A stretch of 64,000 nucleotides of DNA from assembly GCF_009914755.1 (NCBI RefSeq), contig NC_060935.1; one strand, written 5' to 3'. Below are positions 44,147-56,988 of this stretch, piece by piece. Both the position numbers and the translations under genes were made by a program. The first letter of the stretch is position 1, and the number at the start of each line of letters is the position of its first letter. Below the pieces are notes generated by a model. It was not told the origin of the DNA. It saw only the letters and a list, made by a program, of their open reading frames with translations, and did not search any database. Source of the DNA: the human T2T-CHM13v2.0 reference genome, Homo sapiens.

Positions 44147-44442
44147 ATTATTATTTTTTTTTTTTTGAGACGGAGTCTCACTCTGTCACCCAGGCTGGAG
44201 TGCAGTGGCACGATCTTAGCTCACTGCAACCTCCTGGGCTCAAGTGATTCTCCTTCCTCAGCCTCCTGAGTAGCTGGGATTACAGGCGCCCACCACTATG
44301 CCTGGCTAATTTTTGTATTTTTAGTAAAGATGGGGTTTCACCATGTTGGCCAGGCTGGTCTCAAACTCCTGGGCTCAAGCGATCGCCCACCTTGGCCTCC
44401 CAAAGTGCTGGGATTACAGGTGTGAGCCACCAGGCCCAGCTG
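44147..44442 (-). mobile_element. AluS, intronic in CHRDL2
   Basis: Alu body with TSD gggactgatggaatctt on both sides. Confidence 0.9.
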
Positions 44443-44689
44443 GGACTGATGGAATCTTAAGGCTCAAAAAATTTTAAGGGTTACTGAATCTAACTCCCCA
44501 GCTGCAGACGGAATCCCCACCAGCCCCTGCTTGCACGCTTCTCGTAAGTGGAGCTTGCTCCCTCCCTTCCACTGGCAGAAGCCTCTAAGTGTGACAAAGT
44601 TCTTCTTCTCTTGGAGCTGAAAGCTGCCTCTCTGCATTTCTCACCAACCTGATATGGTGGAATGAGAAGACTGATATTTTTAGTGCCTC

Positions 44690-44870
44690 GTGTATGTCAG
44701 GGGCTGCACCGATGTCATGTCATTTAATCCTCCAAAAACCCTCTTCCCCACTCTACAGAAGAGAAAACTGAGGCCCAGAGAGATCATGTGACTGCCCAAG
44801 GCCACACAGCTAAGATATAGCAGAGTCTGGATTCAAACTGGCAGAGTTAGGATTCGAACCCAAAGCCCCT
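44690..44870. mobile_element. MIR, in opposite orientation to the exonised MIR
   Basis: catttaatcctc...tccccactctacagaagagaaaactgaggcccagagag...gcccaaggccacacagc...ggattcgaaccc. Confidence 0.8.
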
Positions 44871-45069
44871 GCTTGTTGTTTGACTCTTGCGGTCACTCAG
44901 AACACAGCTGCTCCCTCTGCCTGGGACAGCCCTTCAGAGCCACGAAGCCAGCAGTCCTGTCCCCCTGAGTCTTCTCTTCTCCAGGCTGAACAGCTCCACT
45001 TTCTTCGTCCATTCCTCCTACGACAGGGGGCAGAGTAGAGCAGGGAAAGAGCCGCATCTGACGCCACAA

Positions 45070-45270
45070 GACATGGGCTCTAGCTCCCGTCCTCCACTTA
45101 CTGGCTGTGTGGCCTTGGGCCAGGTACTTCACCTCTCTGAGCCTCAGTTTCCTCATCTGTAAAATGGGGATAATAATATCTAACTCTCAGGATCGTTGAG
45201 GATCAAATGAGATAGTGAATGTGAAAGCACTTTGTAAACTCCAAAGTGCTACACACATTGGTTATTATTA
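45070..45270. mobile_element. MIR hosting the CHRDL2 cassette exon
   Basis: cttactggctgtgtggccttgggc...ctctgagcctcagtttcctcatctgtaaaatggggataata...gtgaaagcactttgtaaact. Confidence 0.88.
45102..45156 (-). CDS. CHRDL2: CHRDL2 alternative 55-nt cassette exon derived from a MIR core (frameshifting)
   Basis: ccccattttacag|AT GAG GAA ACT GAG GCT CAG AGA...CAC AGC CA|gtaagt; encodes (D)EETEAQRGEVPGPRPHS(Q). ACAGATGAGGAAACTGAGGC is the MIR core. It matches my recollection of the longer CHRDL2 isoform ending ...QSRQSDQDITKT. Confidence 0.85.
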
Positions 45271-45483
45271 TCATTGTCATTTTTCTTATCATCATTCCCT
45301 CTTCCACCCCCACCCCGCCAGCCAAAACCATCAGTAGAGGAAAGGAACTTTAGAGCTAATTCACACTTAAAAGAGTTTAATTTGGATCATGGCTTAACAG
45401 TTCACTCTACCCAGAGGACTTATGTTTTACAAGAAAGGCCACGAAACTGAACTTTCAGCAATTTCCTTATCGATGAAAACCTG

Positions 45484-45776
45484 CTGGGTGTCGTGGCTCA
45501 CGCCTGTAATCCCAGCACTTTGGGAGGCTGATGCCGGAGGATTGCTTGAGTCCAGGAGTTCCAGACTAGCCTGGGCAACATGGCAAAACCCCATCTCTAC
45601 AAAAAAAATACAAAAATTAGCTGGGCGTGGTGGCTCATAACTGTGGTCCCAGCTACTCAGGAGGCTGAGATGGGAGGATCGTTTGAGCCCAGGAGAATGA
45701 GGTTGCAGTGGAGCCGAGATCATGCCACTGCACTCCAGCCTGGGTGACTGAGACCCTGTCTCAAAAAAAAAAAAAA
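45484..45776 (+). mobile_element. AluJ, intronic and antisense to CHRDL2
   Basis: gctgggtgtcgtggctcacgcctgtaatccc...ggaggattgcttgag...gagaccctgtctcaaaa. Confidence 0.9.
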
Positions 45777-46302
45777 GTAGAAAAAACTCCTCTTGACCTT
45801 CAGTTGGTGATAGCAGCAGATTGTTGAAGAGGGTGGGTTTCTCACAGAATGAGAACTGTGGTTCTGATGTCCACTTACCTGGGAGTGATAAGATCCACCA
45901 CCTTAAAAAGGCTGAACACAGCCAGCCTCCAGGCCCTCCTACTCTGAGGATGCTGTGAGGGCCCTCCTGCCTGAGAAGACCCCCGCTCCCAGTGCTAAAA
46001 TCCTGCCATTAGACATCTGTCTATTTCTCCCTGCCTGGCTCCTCACAAGGTGCAACAGCGCCTTCCCCCCAGGAGAGGGAGCACTATCGAGCCTTGGCAT
46101 TAGCAGGAGGAGCTTATCAGAATTGTAGAGAACCAGTCAGGCTCACTATCTTCCTGCATCTTGGAATCAGGGGCTCTTAAACCTGGCGGGGCAGCCAGAG
46201 GCACCTGATCAGCAAAACGTCCCTAAGGCCCCTGTGGGGTCTGGGGCACGGGAAGGGGGACTGGCCAGAGGTACACCCCACTGGGAGTGGGCCAGCACTC
46301 AC

Positions 46303-46476
46303 CTTTTACCAGCTTCCAGAGGTAGATCTCCACCAAGTCCGAGGCCTCGTGTTCCAGGGCAAAGCGACGCAGGTTGTCTGGGCTTGGGGATACCGATGTG
46401 TGGACGAGGACCCGGCCCGGTGCCTTGGGACACCTGGTAGAACTGATCTCACTGTGGCCAGGGTCTGCTTTGTCCT
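46303..46476 (-). CDS. CHRDL2: CHRDL2 coding exon 9
   Basis: tctctccag|AG GAC AAA...GTA AAA G|gtgagt; 174 nt; (E)DKADPGHSEISSTRCPKAPGRVLVHTSVSPSPDNLRRFALEHEASDLVEIYLWKLVK. Confidence 0.95.
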
Positions 46477-46813
46477 CTGGAGAGACAAGAAGCTCATGAA
46501 GTGTTCAATAAACGTTGGCTGTACCTCTTCAAAGCTCTAATATTCTAAAATGTTGTGACTTCATGGAATCCGGAACATTACTGATTCTATGTTAACAACC
46601 TCTGAATCTATTATCCTGACACCGCATGGTTCTATCCATTTAATATTTTCATCTGACATTTTCCACTCCTGTGTGTCTGACATGCCCTGCATCCTGTGGC
46701 ACCGATGCATGCCCTTCCATGTCTGAGATGCTCCAAGTGTCTGTGGCCCTGGGGAGAGAGACCCAGGGCTCACTCTGGCCAGCGCCCTCCTTGCTCCCAG
46801 TGCCCCTGTGTAC

Positions 46814-47008
46814 CTGGGCAAATCTTGCAGCACTTCCCAGCCACTTTCTCGGGGTGACGGCAGGGGTACTCGGTGGGACAGGTCACACGCTGGCAGTCCT
46901 GGCGGCCATCCTCACAGGTGCATAGGATGCAGGGCAAGGGGCCGAAGGCACGGAAGGCCGGGTGCCACACCTCCCCGTGGGAGTACGTCTTCCCGCCATG
47001 CACACAGG
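46814..47008 (-). CDS. CHRDL2: CHRDL2 coding exon 8 (complete VWC/CR3)
   Basis: ttattcag|CC TGT GTG CAT...TGC CCA G|gtacac; 195 nt; (A)CVHGGKTYSHGEVWHPAFRAFGPLPCILCTCEDGRQDCQRVTCPTEYPCRHPEKVAGKCCKICP. Confidence 0.96.
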
Positions 47009-47994
47009 CTGAATAAGGAGGGTGAGAAGGAAGGAGGATCAGGGCCTCAGACCTGGCCAGGGCCTCTGGTCCAGCAGCGGGTGGGGTGGGCCCTTGGGGA
47101 GCCCTCACTTTACCAGTCCTGCCTAGCCACACTGCCTGCAAAGCATAGGCCAGGGTATAAAACCTGTCCCCTCTCCCTGACACTGCCCACTGCAGCACTC
47201 AGAGCTGAGATGGGCCCAGAAGGAACTTACTGAAGATGAAGAGTCCTCCCTCACCCTTCAGGGCACTTCTGCGGGAGCAAGGAGAGTGCTGATCTTGTGG
47301 TAGGAGAACTGAGGTCAACTTTCGTCATCACCTGGTCATGTGAGCCCTGGCAGGTCCCTTTCCCCCCTCTGCCTCAGTGTCCCATCTGAACAAGGCAGGG
47401 CCAGGACTCAGTAGCCCCATAGCTCTTCCTTCTCCAGCCATCAGGGCACCCTGCAAGGAGGTCTCTTTTCTCCCCTTCTGTGGCCATGGCTGCCCATCTG
47501 GCCACCTTCTCTACTTCATCCCCACTGTCCTCCTGCAGCCTCGCTCTGCTCCCTCCTTCCTTTGTCAAAAACTGTCCCTCAGCACACTTCCTTATATTAA
47601 AGTCATTTATTTACTTGTCTGTCTTCCCAACTAGTCTATGAGCCCCTCAAGGGCAGAGACCATTTTCCATTTCCCATCTATCTGTTCTGTCTGCCCCTCT
47701 TCCCAGCAAAGACTCGGTAGATGCTAAAAAAAATCTTGTACTGTTCCAGAACTAGTTGTCTCTTACTCAATACTCTGAACCTCAGTGTCCTCATCTGTCA
47801 AATGGGGGTTTGAACCTGATGATCTTTAAGAGCACCCTCATTCAGTTTTGGCGTTCTCCGAGTCTACAAGCTCATGGCCAAGTTGGAATTAGGGAACTGC
47901 TGAGGAGAGGGTTCAGGGGGTTGGGGGTGGGAGGTGGGAGCAGTCAGGGCCCCCCTTCCCTGCCTCACAGATTGGAGGAGGGTCCAGTCCCCAC

Positions 47995-48163
47995 CTTTCT
48001 TATGTTTCTCCTTCAGGACGATCTTGACAGTTGTGCTGCCTGCTCCCTTGGGTCTGAAGTGGCGAGGGATGAAGCTCAGAGGGGCGCTGAGGCCAGTGGG
48101 GGCTGGGGTGCCCGGGCCTCTCTTTCTCCCAGCATCACTGGAACATGGATCCTGAGGATGTCT
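47995..48163 (-). CDS. CHRDL2: CHRDL2 coding exon 7 (basic linker)
   Basis: tttgcag|AGA CAT CCT...AAG AAA G|gtgggg; 169 nt; RHPQDPCSSDAGRKRGPGTPAPTGLSAPLSFIPRHFRPKGAGSTTVKIVLKEKHKK. Confidence 0.95.
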
Positions 48164-49995
48164 CTGCAAATGGCAGGAAGGATGAAAGTCACTGACTGAG
48201 CATAGCAGGCCCCAGCTGGAGCCAGAACAGCAAGACAGGCTGCAGCAAGAGGCTGTGGGGAGACCCCAGCATGACTTCCCAGAGAAGAGAAGGTAGAGAC
48301 CAGGGATAGAAAGATCTGGATGAGGTCTAAGATGTTTTCAGACAGTTCGATCTTTGAAAACTCTCAGAGGATAGTGATTTGGAAATCTGGCCTCCACGAA
48401 GCCCTTCTTGGGCCTTGTCAGAGCCAGGGGCCTTGGGGTTGGGGTGGGCAGAGGGTGCTGAGGTCTTGATCTGACAGACGTAACTGATCAGGGAGAACTT
48501 CATATTTGGGAAACAGAAGGTGAGCATGCAGTGAGGATGCACGGCAGGCAGTTCTCCTTTGCGGAGATTTAGTTGGTGGCTGGACAAGGGGATGGCCCTC
48601 TGAAGATGGCATCAGGCAGGCCCCAGAATCCCATGGGGCGTGAAGACCAAGAGCAGGCCCCATCCAGAGACAAAGGGTCTCTGAAGCTTAGGCTCTCTTT
48701 CCTGAACCCCTGGGATCCAAAACCCCCAGACCCTGTCCCTCCAGACCAGGTCTTGAGAGGGCTGTCAGTGACAGCAATAGGAGTGTGGCGAGGACAGCTC
48801 AGAGTTTGGGGACTGGGCAGCTCCCGGCCACAGGAGAGGAGCAAGTGGGCTTGGGGCAGGGACCAGAGCCTATTACCTCCCTCGCTGACCTGGAGCCACA
48901 CACATTCCTTCTTCTAGAGCCCATTCCTGCCTGGTACAGTCCCTGCATCAGTTCTCCGATGGCCCAGAGCCTGAGCTCACAAGAGCTCCCAGAGTGGAAA
49001 CTGTCCCAGGCCCCAGCACGGGCTCAGGCAGATAGGACACTCCTGGGAGATGTGTGTTGAGTGGAATAAAGGCAAGAGGGAATCAAACAGCTCAGTCTCC
49101 TAATGCTTGCTCCAGTCACCCAGCCCGTCAGTAAGTAGCTGATCAGAGCCTGGAACTCAGCCTGGGTGGGTTTCACTTACGCACTGCCTCCTAGGAAGAG
49201 GACAGGAAGGAAAGTGGAGGGAATGGCTTAGGTCCTGTGGTACCCTCAGCTCTCAGGTCTCAGGCCCCCACCTGAGAAGGCCTTGCCTGGGTGGGGAGGG
49301 CAGCAGGATGAGCTGGCAGAGGAGAAGGGTGTGGACATGGGCTCAGGCTCCTGGGGAATCTCTGGGAAGGGGAGGCAGCCTCTAGTCTCCCGGAGACCAG
49401 GAGACCCAGGCTGAAATAGCAGGTGGAGTTGTTCATGTGGCAGACATAGCAGAGAGGACCCATCAGGGACTTGAATCAATGTGTGATTCTCTATCTCCTT
49501 CCTCTCAGATCAGAGACAGCTGTCCAGCTAAGCCCATCTTAACCTAGACCAAGCTTGAGAGGGGCCAAGATACAGGGGGGTACAGAGAGGCAGGCTCTAA
49601 AGAGCCAGTACCTCAGGAACTGGGTGGGGAAGGCTGGCCCAAGTTAGAGGCCATTCCCTGGGAAGAAGGTTGCCTGAATTAAGGGGAGACACAGGCTGTA
49701 GATGGAACAGTGTCAAAGTGTTTCTCAAGAGGAAAGTGAGGAAGTTTGGGGCCTGCTGCTGCCCTGCGTGGTGACCTGTTTCCCCCAGGCCACTCCTTAT
49801 CCATCAACCATGATGGGACCCATGATGGGAGGCTAGGGAGAGGGGCTGGAATATAGTGGATGTTCATGTAGCCAACCCAGGGGACAAACAAGAAATGAGG
49901 ACAATAACTGGTATTGCCTGCCCCAGAGTCACGAGATTTAGGCCCTGGATCCCAGCCCCCTGTCCCGCACCCCGTCAATAAGGCCGTGCACTCAC

Positions 49996-50051
49996 CACCC
50001 CATGGAGCGACTGCACACTGTCCTCTTCATCCGATTGCTCACTTGCCTCAT
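49996..50051 (-). CDS. CHRDL2: CHRDL2 coding exon 6 (acidic linker)
   Basis: ttttcag|AT GAG GCA...GGG GTG|gtgagt; 56 nt; (D)EASEQSDEEDSVQSLHGV. Confidence 0.94.
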
Positions 50052-51810
50052 CTGAAAACTCAAAGGGAAGCTGGGTCAGCCTCAGGCTCCCCAGCCTTGC
50101 TGGCTAGAGCCCTGAGGCCTCCACCTATAGGCTCTGTCCATTCCCAAGGCCTGCTGTCCCATCTGCAGCCCCAGCCCACTAGCCAGCTCCTTTGCCCCAG
50201 TGGGGACTTCTTCCACTTCCCATTACAGCCTCTCTTCATCCTGGTTGGGTTGATGAAGTCCCCTACAACTGGGTTGCTGCCTCAGTTTCCCTGTACTGAC
50301 CTCCTGGTAACCATTAGGACTGAAGTCCTTGAAACAGAGCATCTTGTTTGGTCCTTACTGAAACTCACCTCTCTGGGACACTGGGCCATACCTTTCAGTA
50401 TTTACCATGGATGGCCCAAAGGCCCAGAATCCCATCCCTGCAGCCTGCATAGATGCAGTTTCCTGGGCAGCCACACTTGAAGTCAGCAGGCCTTGGTTTA
50501 CACTCCCAGGACCCTACACTCCAGCCCCTTCGCCCCTCCAGCCTGAGCACCCTGCCAGTCCCTATTCCCCTGGGAAACCAGCACACAAAGCCGTTTGGAG
50601 CCCTGCAGCTTCCTAAACCCGAGTGGGCCTCTCTCTCCCTATCTCTTGCCTCACTCCACAGTCTGATTCCCACCAATCATTCCCGTTTCAAAGACCCAGA
50701 ACATTGGAATTAGACTGTGTTAGAAATCACAGGGCACAACTGAGGCCCAGAGAAGGGAAGGAATTTATGGAGTTAGCTGGAAGAACCAGGACTAAACTGG
50801 AGTCACCTGATTCCTAGTCCAGTGCTCCTTCCAAAATGCAAACATCTGGGGATGCATCCACTGTGGAGCACTCCCCTACCTGAGTGCCACCTCCTCCAGG
50901 AGGCTTTCCTTGACTACCTCAGCCTGCAGGGAACAGTCCGACCATTTCATTCTGCTCACGCTTAGCCTGCCCTTTGCTAGCTGATGTGTTGCCTCCCTGC
51001 TTTATAAGAGGTTCTACCTGGGTTCTGTATAAAAGACATGTTCTGAGCCCTGGTGAGCCCAATACTGTGACCAGCTCTGCCGTCAGGAAGGCAGGATGAG
51101 ACGTAGTCCTTACCTGTACTAGACCCCTCTCACGTGCCACTTATGGTTCTCTCAGCTCATCTGCTTGCAGGGACTTTGTCCCCCCATGGCAGGCACTGCA
51201 GCAGCAGCCCCCCTGCACGGGCTCCCCAACACTTCCCTCAGGCTCAGCCTCACAGTGCCCCTCCCTCAAGCCCGCAGCTCCTGTCCACATCCCCTGCGCC
51301 CACTCCTTACCCCAGCCCACTCCTGCCTCTGCTCCCAGGGCTACTTAGCACCCACCCATGCATGCACAGCAGGGAAGTCCCACACATGGATGAGCTTTGG
51401 GCTCAATGGAGAGATAGTTGGTGGCTGGTGGACACATTCTTACTGCTTCCTCTACCACGCCCAGACTTTTCTGAGAAGCAGAGACTACTTAGAGCAATAG
51501 GTCACTTTTGCTTGGTTAGCAAGCAGAGGCCAGCCCCTGGACATATTCCTGTATTGCTTCTCTCTCTTTACCTTCTTCACTCTGCCTTTCCCTCTTTCCT
51601 CCCCCAATGACTGCAATAAAAATAAGGAACACATCAGCTTCTGCCAGGCTCTGCTTTCTGGGGGGTGCAGGCTAAGCCACACCCTGGAGGAAAGAGCCGT
51701 CTGCTACATGCTGGGTGTCACCTGCAGTTCCTCACGGCTCTCACAGTCCATGGCTAGGCCCATGGAGTGGAGGGGTGGGTGAGTGCTGCCAGATGGAGGG
51801 ACAGACTCAC

Positions 51811-51904
51811 CTTTGCAGGCTTGGCAGCAGGAGTCTGGCAGTGGGAGGGGTGCTGGGCAGCCTGGTTCGGGGCAGGTTGTGAGGCCGCAGTAGATCTGGC
51901 CCTC
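51811..51904 (-). CDS. CHRDL2: CHRDL2 coding exon 5 (C-terminal half of VWC/CR2)
   Basis: tgtcag|GAG GGC CAG...TGC AAA G|gtgagt; 94 nt; EGQIYCGLTTCPEPGCPAPLPLPDSCCQACK. Confidence 0.96.
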
Positions 51905-53443
51905 CTGACAGATAGAGCAAACCAGCTGGGAAATGAGCTCTGATAAGGGCTAGCCTTGGGGGCTAGGAACACCCCCTTCCCTGGGAGCAAATGGCCTTGA
52001 GGTCTCTCCTATGGTGGGGAGGGGAAGCAACAGCATCTCCACAGCAAGGCCCGGCCAGCTCAGAGGAGGGGTCCCCCGTGCCCTCCCAGCCCCACTTCCA
52101 GGCCCTGCAGGTAACATCCAGCCTTCAGCTTCTGACTCACTCACAGCCAGGCTGTCCCTAGCTGCTGCCTGGTAAGGCGGGAATCTCCCTATCCTACAAA
52201 TGAGGAGCCGGAGCGGGGCCTGAGCCATCTCAGGTTAGAAAGACAGTTGGGGCCCAGTCTTCAAGCTTTTCCCACTGAAATCAACATCATGGGAGGGGGA
52301 CAGGTGGGTGATACCTGGGCTCATCTTGCTCTTTACTGAAAGCCCTTGGTTTCCAACTTTGGGATCCAGCCTTGAAAGGCAAGACTGCAGGGGAAGGGGC
52401 CTTCTGGGGGTCAGGGGCCAGGTGACCATTGGTGGTCACTTCTTTCCTCTGGGCCTGAGATTCCTCCTCTGTGAAGTGGGGTCACACCCATTTGGGGTGT
52501 GAAGATCCAGTGAGGGAATGGCTGTGAAAAGCACAAGGCACAACGTGCCTGGGGGGAAGCACTATTGCCCTGAGACCTTTCCCTGTTCCCTTTCCAGAGG
52601 GTCTGAGAAGTGAGTGTTCCGGTCCCTCGGGTGAGGCCAGAAGAAAAGCCAGCCTCATATAATCAGGGATGAGAAGGAAGAAGGGGAGGCCCAAGTACCC
52701 AGGGAGAATGAACAGAGGAATCCTGGGAATGCTCTCACCACCCACCACCCAGCATTTCTGTCTCTCGCCACAGCCCCCTCCTCATCCAGGCCTCATCCCT
52801 TCAGGGGAGGCAGCAGGACACAGGGAAAAGAACATTGGCTTTGGAGCCAGGTGGCCTTGGGTCTGAATTCTGGCTCTGTCACTTACTAGCTGTGTGATCT
52901 CAGGCAAGTCACTTAACTATTCTGAGCCCGTTTCCTCATCTGGAAAACAGAAATAGTGATATCCTTCTCCTAGGGTCATTTGGGTACTGTCTATAAACCA
53001 GGCATTTCTATGAACCTGGTGACACAACAGACTAGACCACTGCAAAAGGCTCACACCCTGCAAAAGGTAATTGCTTACTAGGTTGATTTATAAGTAGTCA
53101 CTCCTCATTATTTGCAGGCTGTTTGCTCTGCAGCACAGAAACTTTAAGATTCAAAGACTCAGACTGATGGGACCCTGTCACTGAAAAGATAGGGAGGCAG
53201 GCCCAAAAGAAGTGACTTGTTTGAGGTCACACAGGGAACTGGGACAGTGCTGGAGATCAAACACAGGTTTCTGATACTAGTCTGGAGAGAACATTAATGA
53301 TCACTTGGTCAGACTCCCTTACGCACTCAGAGGAACTGAGGCCCAAGTGTGGTGATCAGGTAGTAAATAAATCGGGAGGGCAGGGACTTCTCCTGCCAAT
53401 TCACGGATGAGTTGCCAAGCCCAGGGTTAAAAATGACATGCTG

Positions 53444-53768
<325 letters not shown>

Positions 53769-54357
53769 CTATAGGAAGGCCATGCCTACACCCCAGTTCC
53801 CTTACAAGGAGGAGGCTGAAGACTTTCCAGAGGAGGCCCTGCTTAGCTTCAGTCTCTGTCCCATGATAACACTGCTGAGTCAGCCCTGCCTGCCCGGAGG
53901 TCCAGCTCTAACAATAGGCAGGAGGAGTTTAAGTAGCTTCAGATTAATTTCCATTTGCTACAGATAATCTGGCCCTGTCTCTGTCCCCCAGGACTGATAA
54001 CTGATCATTTGCGTATTCATTCTCTCATTCAATAATCATTACAGATGTCTTTTGTGCTTTAGGCCCTGGACTGACAGCAGAGGATAAAGAAATGAAAAAC
54101 ATATGTTTCCTCCCCTCAAGGAATGCAGCGTCTACTGGGGGAAACAGAAGGCTCAGGAAGGTGTGGAAGCTCAGAGAATGGTCACCTGACCCAGCTAGGG
54201 ACAGGACATTCCAAACCCCAGATATTCCCTTTCCCCTGAGCCCATTCATTTTGCTTTGGCCAGGAGGAACAATCCCCCCAGTCCGCAGTCCAGGCTACTA
54301 TGTTCTTTGCAGGCCCAGAGCGCTGGCCTGTGCTGAAGGGAAGGCAGGAGTTCTTAC

Positions 54358-54500
54358 TGTGCAGCTGCAGAGGACACACTGGTTGGGCAGGCGGGAGGGG
54401 AACAGCTCATGGGCACTGAAGATCTCTCCGTGTTGGTACATGGTCCCGTTGTGCTGGCAGGACTTTGGTGGGGCCCGGAGTCCAGAGGGAGTGTGAGGTT
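54358..54500 (-). CDS. CHRDL2: CHRDL2 coding exon 4 (N-terminal half of VWC/CR2)
   Basis: ctgcag|AA CCT CAC...TGC ACA|gtaaga; 143 nt; (E)PHTPSGLRAPPKSCQHNGTMYQHGEIFSAHELFPSRLPNQCVLCSCT (seen in ORF 54298..54594). Confidence 0.96.
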
Positions 54501-55204
54501 CTGCAGTGGGGGAGGGGCAGGAGGAAGAAGAAAATGAGGTTTCATGTGAATCTTTGCTGAAATTAACAAGGCCACTTTTCTGATGATTTTGCATTTGACC
54601 CCAGCTTGATATTTAAACCAAGCTCTGGCCTGGGCCTTGCCAGCCATTCCCCTTATCAGCTAACTAAGAGGTCCCTCTGATACCTACATCTGACTGAGTC
54701 CCTCCCTCCCATGACCTCTACCACAGCCCTCCAGCCCCCTCAGTGTCTGGGCCAGCCCCAACCAGAGCAAGAAGGTAAAGCCGGCAGCCTCAGCTTCCGC
54801 TCAGTGGGGCCCGAGTTAGTTCATCCAGCATTTAATGAGGGTTCATGGAGCACTTCTCAGTGCCAGGCACTGTTCTAGGTGCTGGGGATACAGCAGTGAG
54901 CAAAAGAGTCCCTGCCCTCACAGGGTTACATTCTAGTGGTGCCAGCTGGCATGATTGTCCCTGTGCTTGGGTAAACTCCTGTCATTCACTGGCCCCCAGA
55001 GCCCCCCTCCCCATCACCTGCCCATCAGTCCGTCCTCATCCTGCCAGGTGGAGGGGTAAGCCTCTGGTCCTGAGAGAGCCCACTCATTCATTCAAGACCC
55101 CTTGACTAAGCACTCCTCTGTTCTACGCACCATGCTAGGCATTGGGAATGGAGCAATGAGTAAGATTTAGCCCTTGCCACCAAGAAACTCAGACTCAAAA
55201 ATTA

Positions 55205-55620
<416 letters not shown>

Positions 55621-56894
55621 AACTTTTTTTTTAATTTTTAAAAAAGAAGTTTGAAATCTAATTAGGCAGAAAGACAAGCCACAAGCAATGATGCTGTAGC
55701 AGGTGAGGGCTAGGGTGGATGGAAGCACAGAAGTTGTGACAGCAGAGAGGAGGAGCCTCTAACTCAGCCGGGGAGGAATGGCCAGGGAAGGCTTCCTGAA
55801 GGGCCGATGGCATGGCAACGGTGAGCAGAATCTTGAAGAACTGTGGAGCCAAGCAGGCACAGGGGCAGGGGATGGGAAGAGAGAGGGAGTGAAGAGTGTT
55901 TTAGCAACAAGAGGCCTGGGCCAAGCACAGGGGAAAATCCCAAAGTCAGCAAGGAGAGGTGAGGCCCCCCAGAGTCGGCATCAGACATGAGGACACTCCC
56001 TCACTGTGCAGGATGAAGCTGAGAGCCACTGTCCCCCCGGGGACCCACAGCCAGGAATCTCTATGACCCATGTAGGGGCCACGAGTCAGATCCCTACTGG
56101 GCTCCCCCCTGGAAAATGAGCCCCACTCCATACCAGCTCACCAGGAAAGTCCTGATTCCAGAGCCCCGACCCGAGGCCAAAATCTGGAGCCTCTTCTTCA
56201 CCACTTTCTTGATGCTTCTAAACATCAATTTTCCTCTCAACCTCCCCTCCCACCTCCAAGTTGGCCTCCCCTCTGGCTGCCCCTCACTGGACACTTGGTT
56301 TTGCCAGTTTCTTCCTAGACCACCTCTCCTTTCTCTGACTTCTTCTTCCTAGAATCTTATTCTCAGAGGCTCTTAGAATCTTAAAATCATGGAATCATAG
56401 ACATTTAGCATCAGGACACATAGAGTCCCTGAATCTCAGCAGTGGGAGGAATCTCAGAGAACAGGGCCTGACTCCTTTAGTCCTTCTGAGCTCCCCCAGT
56501 GGTAATTCTGGGGTCTCCCCTCAGGACCTTCAAGCCCAAGATCACTCACCTTCACTTCCCAGACTGCGCCCACACCCTCCAGCTCTGGAAGGCCCAAGGG
56601 AGACTGGAGCCTAAGTGTGCCAGTCAGCAGCCCAAGCAAGGCCCTGTTTCCTGCAGCTCCTTTCTGCATGTCCTCCCTCCCCTGCCATGCACACCTACTT
56701 AAGGACATGAAGTCTCTGCTACCCCAGCACTGCCTGGGGATCTGGGATATTTCCTCCCTTGAGCACCTTTGTGTGTCTACACCTCTGATGGGTAGAGACT
56801 GCCCCTCTCCTTGCAGGGGTCTCCCTCAGCTAGAGGGCTACACTGGGAGTAGGAGAAAGGTCCATGGACGATGGGGAGGAGCATGGCTACTTAC

Positions 56895-56988
56895 CCACAC
56901 ACTTGGGACAGCATTGCTGTGGCTCCGTCACAGGCTGGGGGCAGTGGACAGGCGGACAGTGGAGGCGGTAACAACTCACATGGGCGCC
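56895..56988 (-). CDS. CHRDL2: CHRDL2 coding exon 3 (C-terminal half of VWC/CR1)
   Basis: ccccttcag|GGC GCC CAT...TGT GTG G|gtaagt; 94 nt; GAHVSCYRLHCPPVHCPQPVTEPQQCCPKCV. Confidence 0.96.

Noticed and set aside
47075-48455. G-run clusters near exon 7 (e.g. ~47916-47938, ~48433-48455)
   Set aside because: They are on the template strand, so cannot form RNA G-quadruplexes in the CHRDL2 transcript, and are common in GC-rich isochores.
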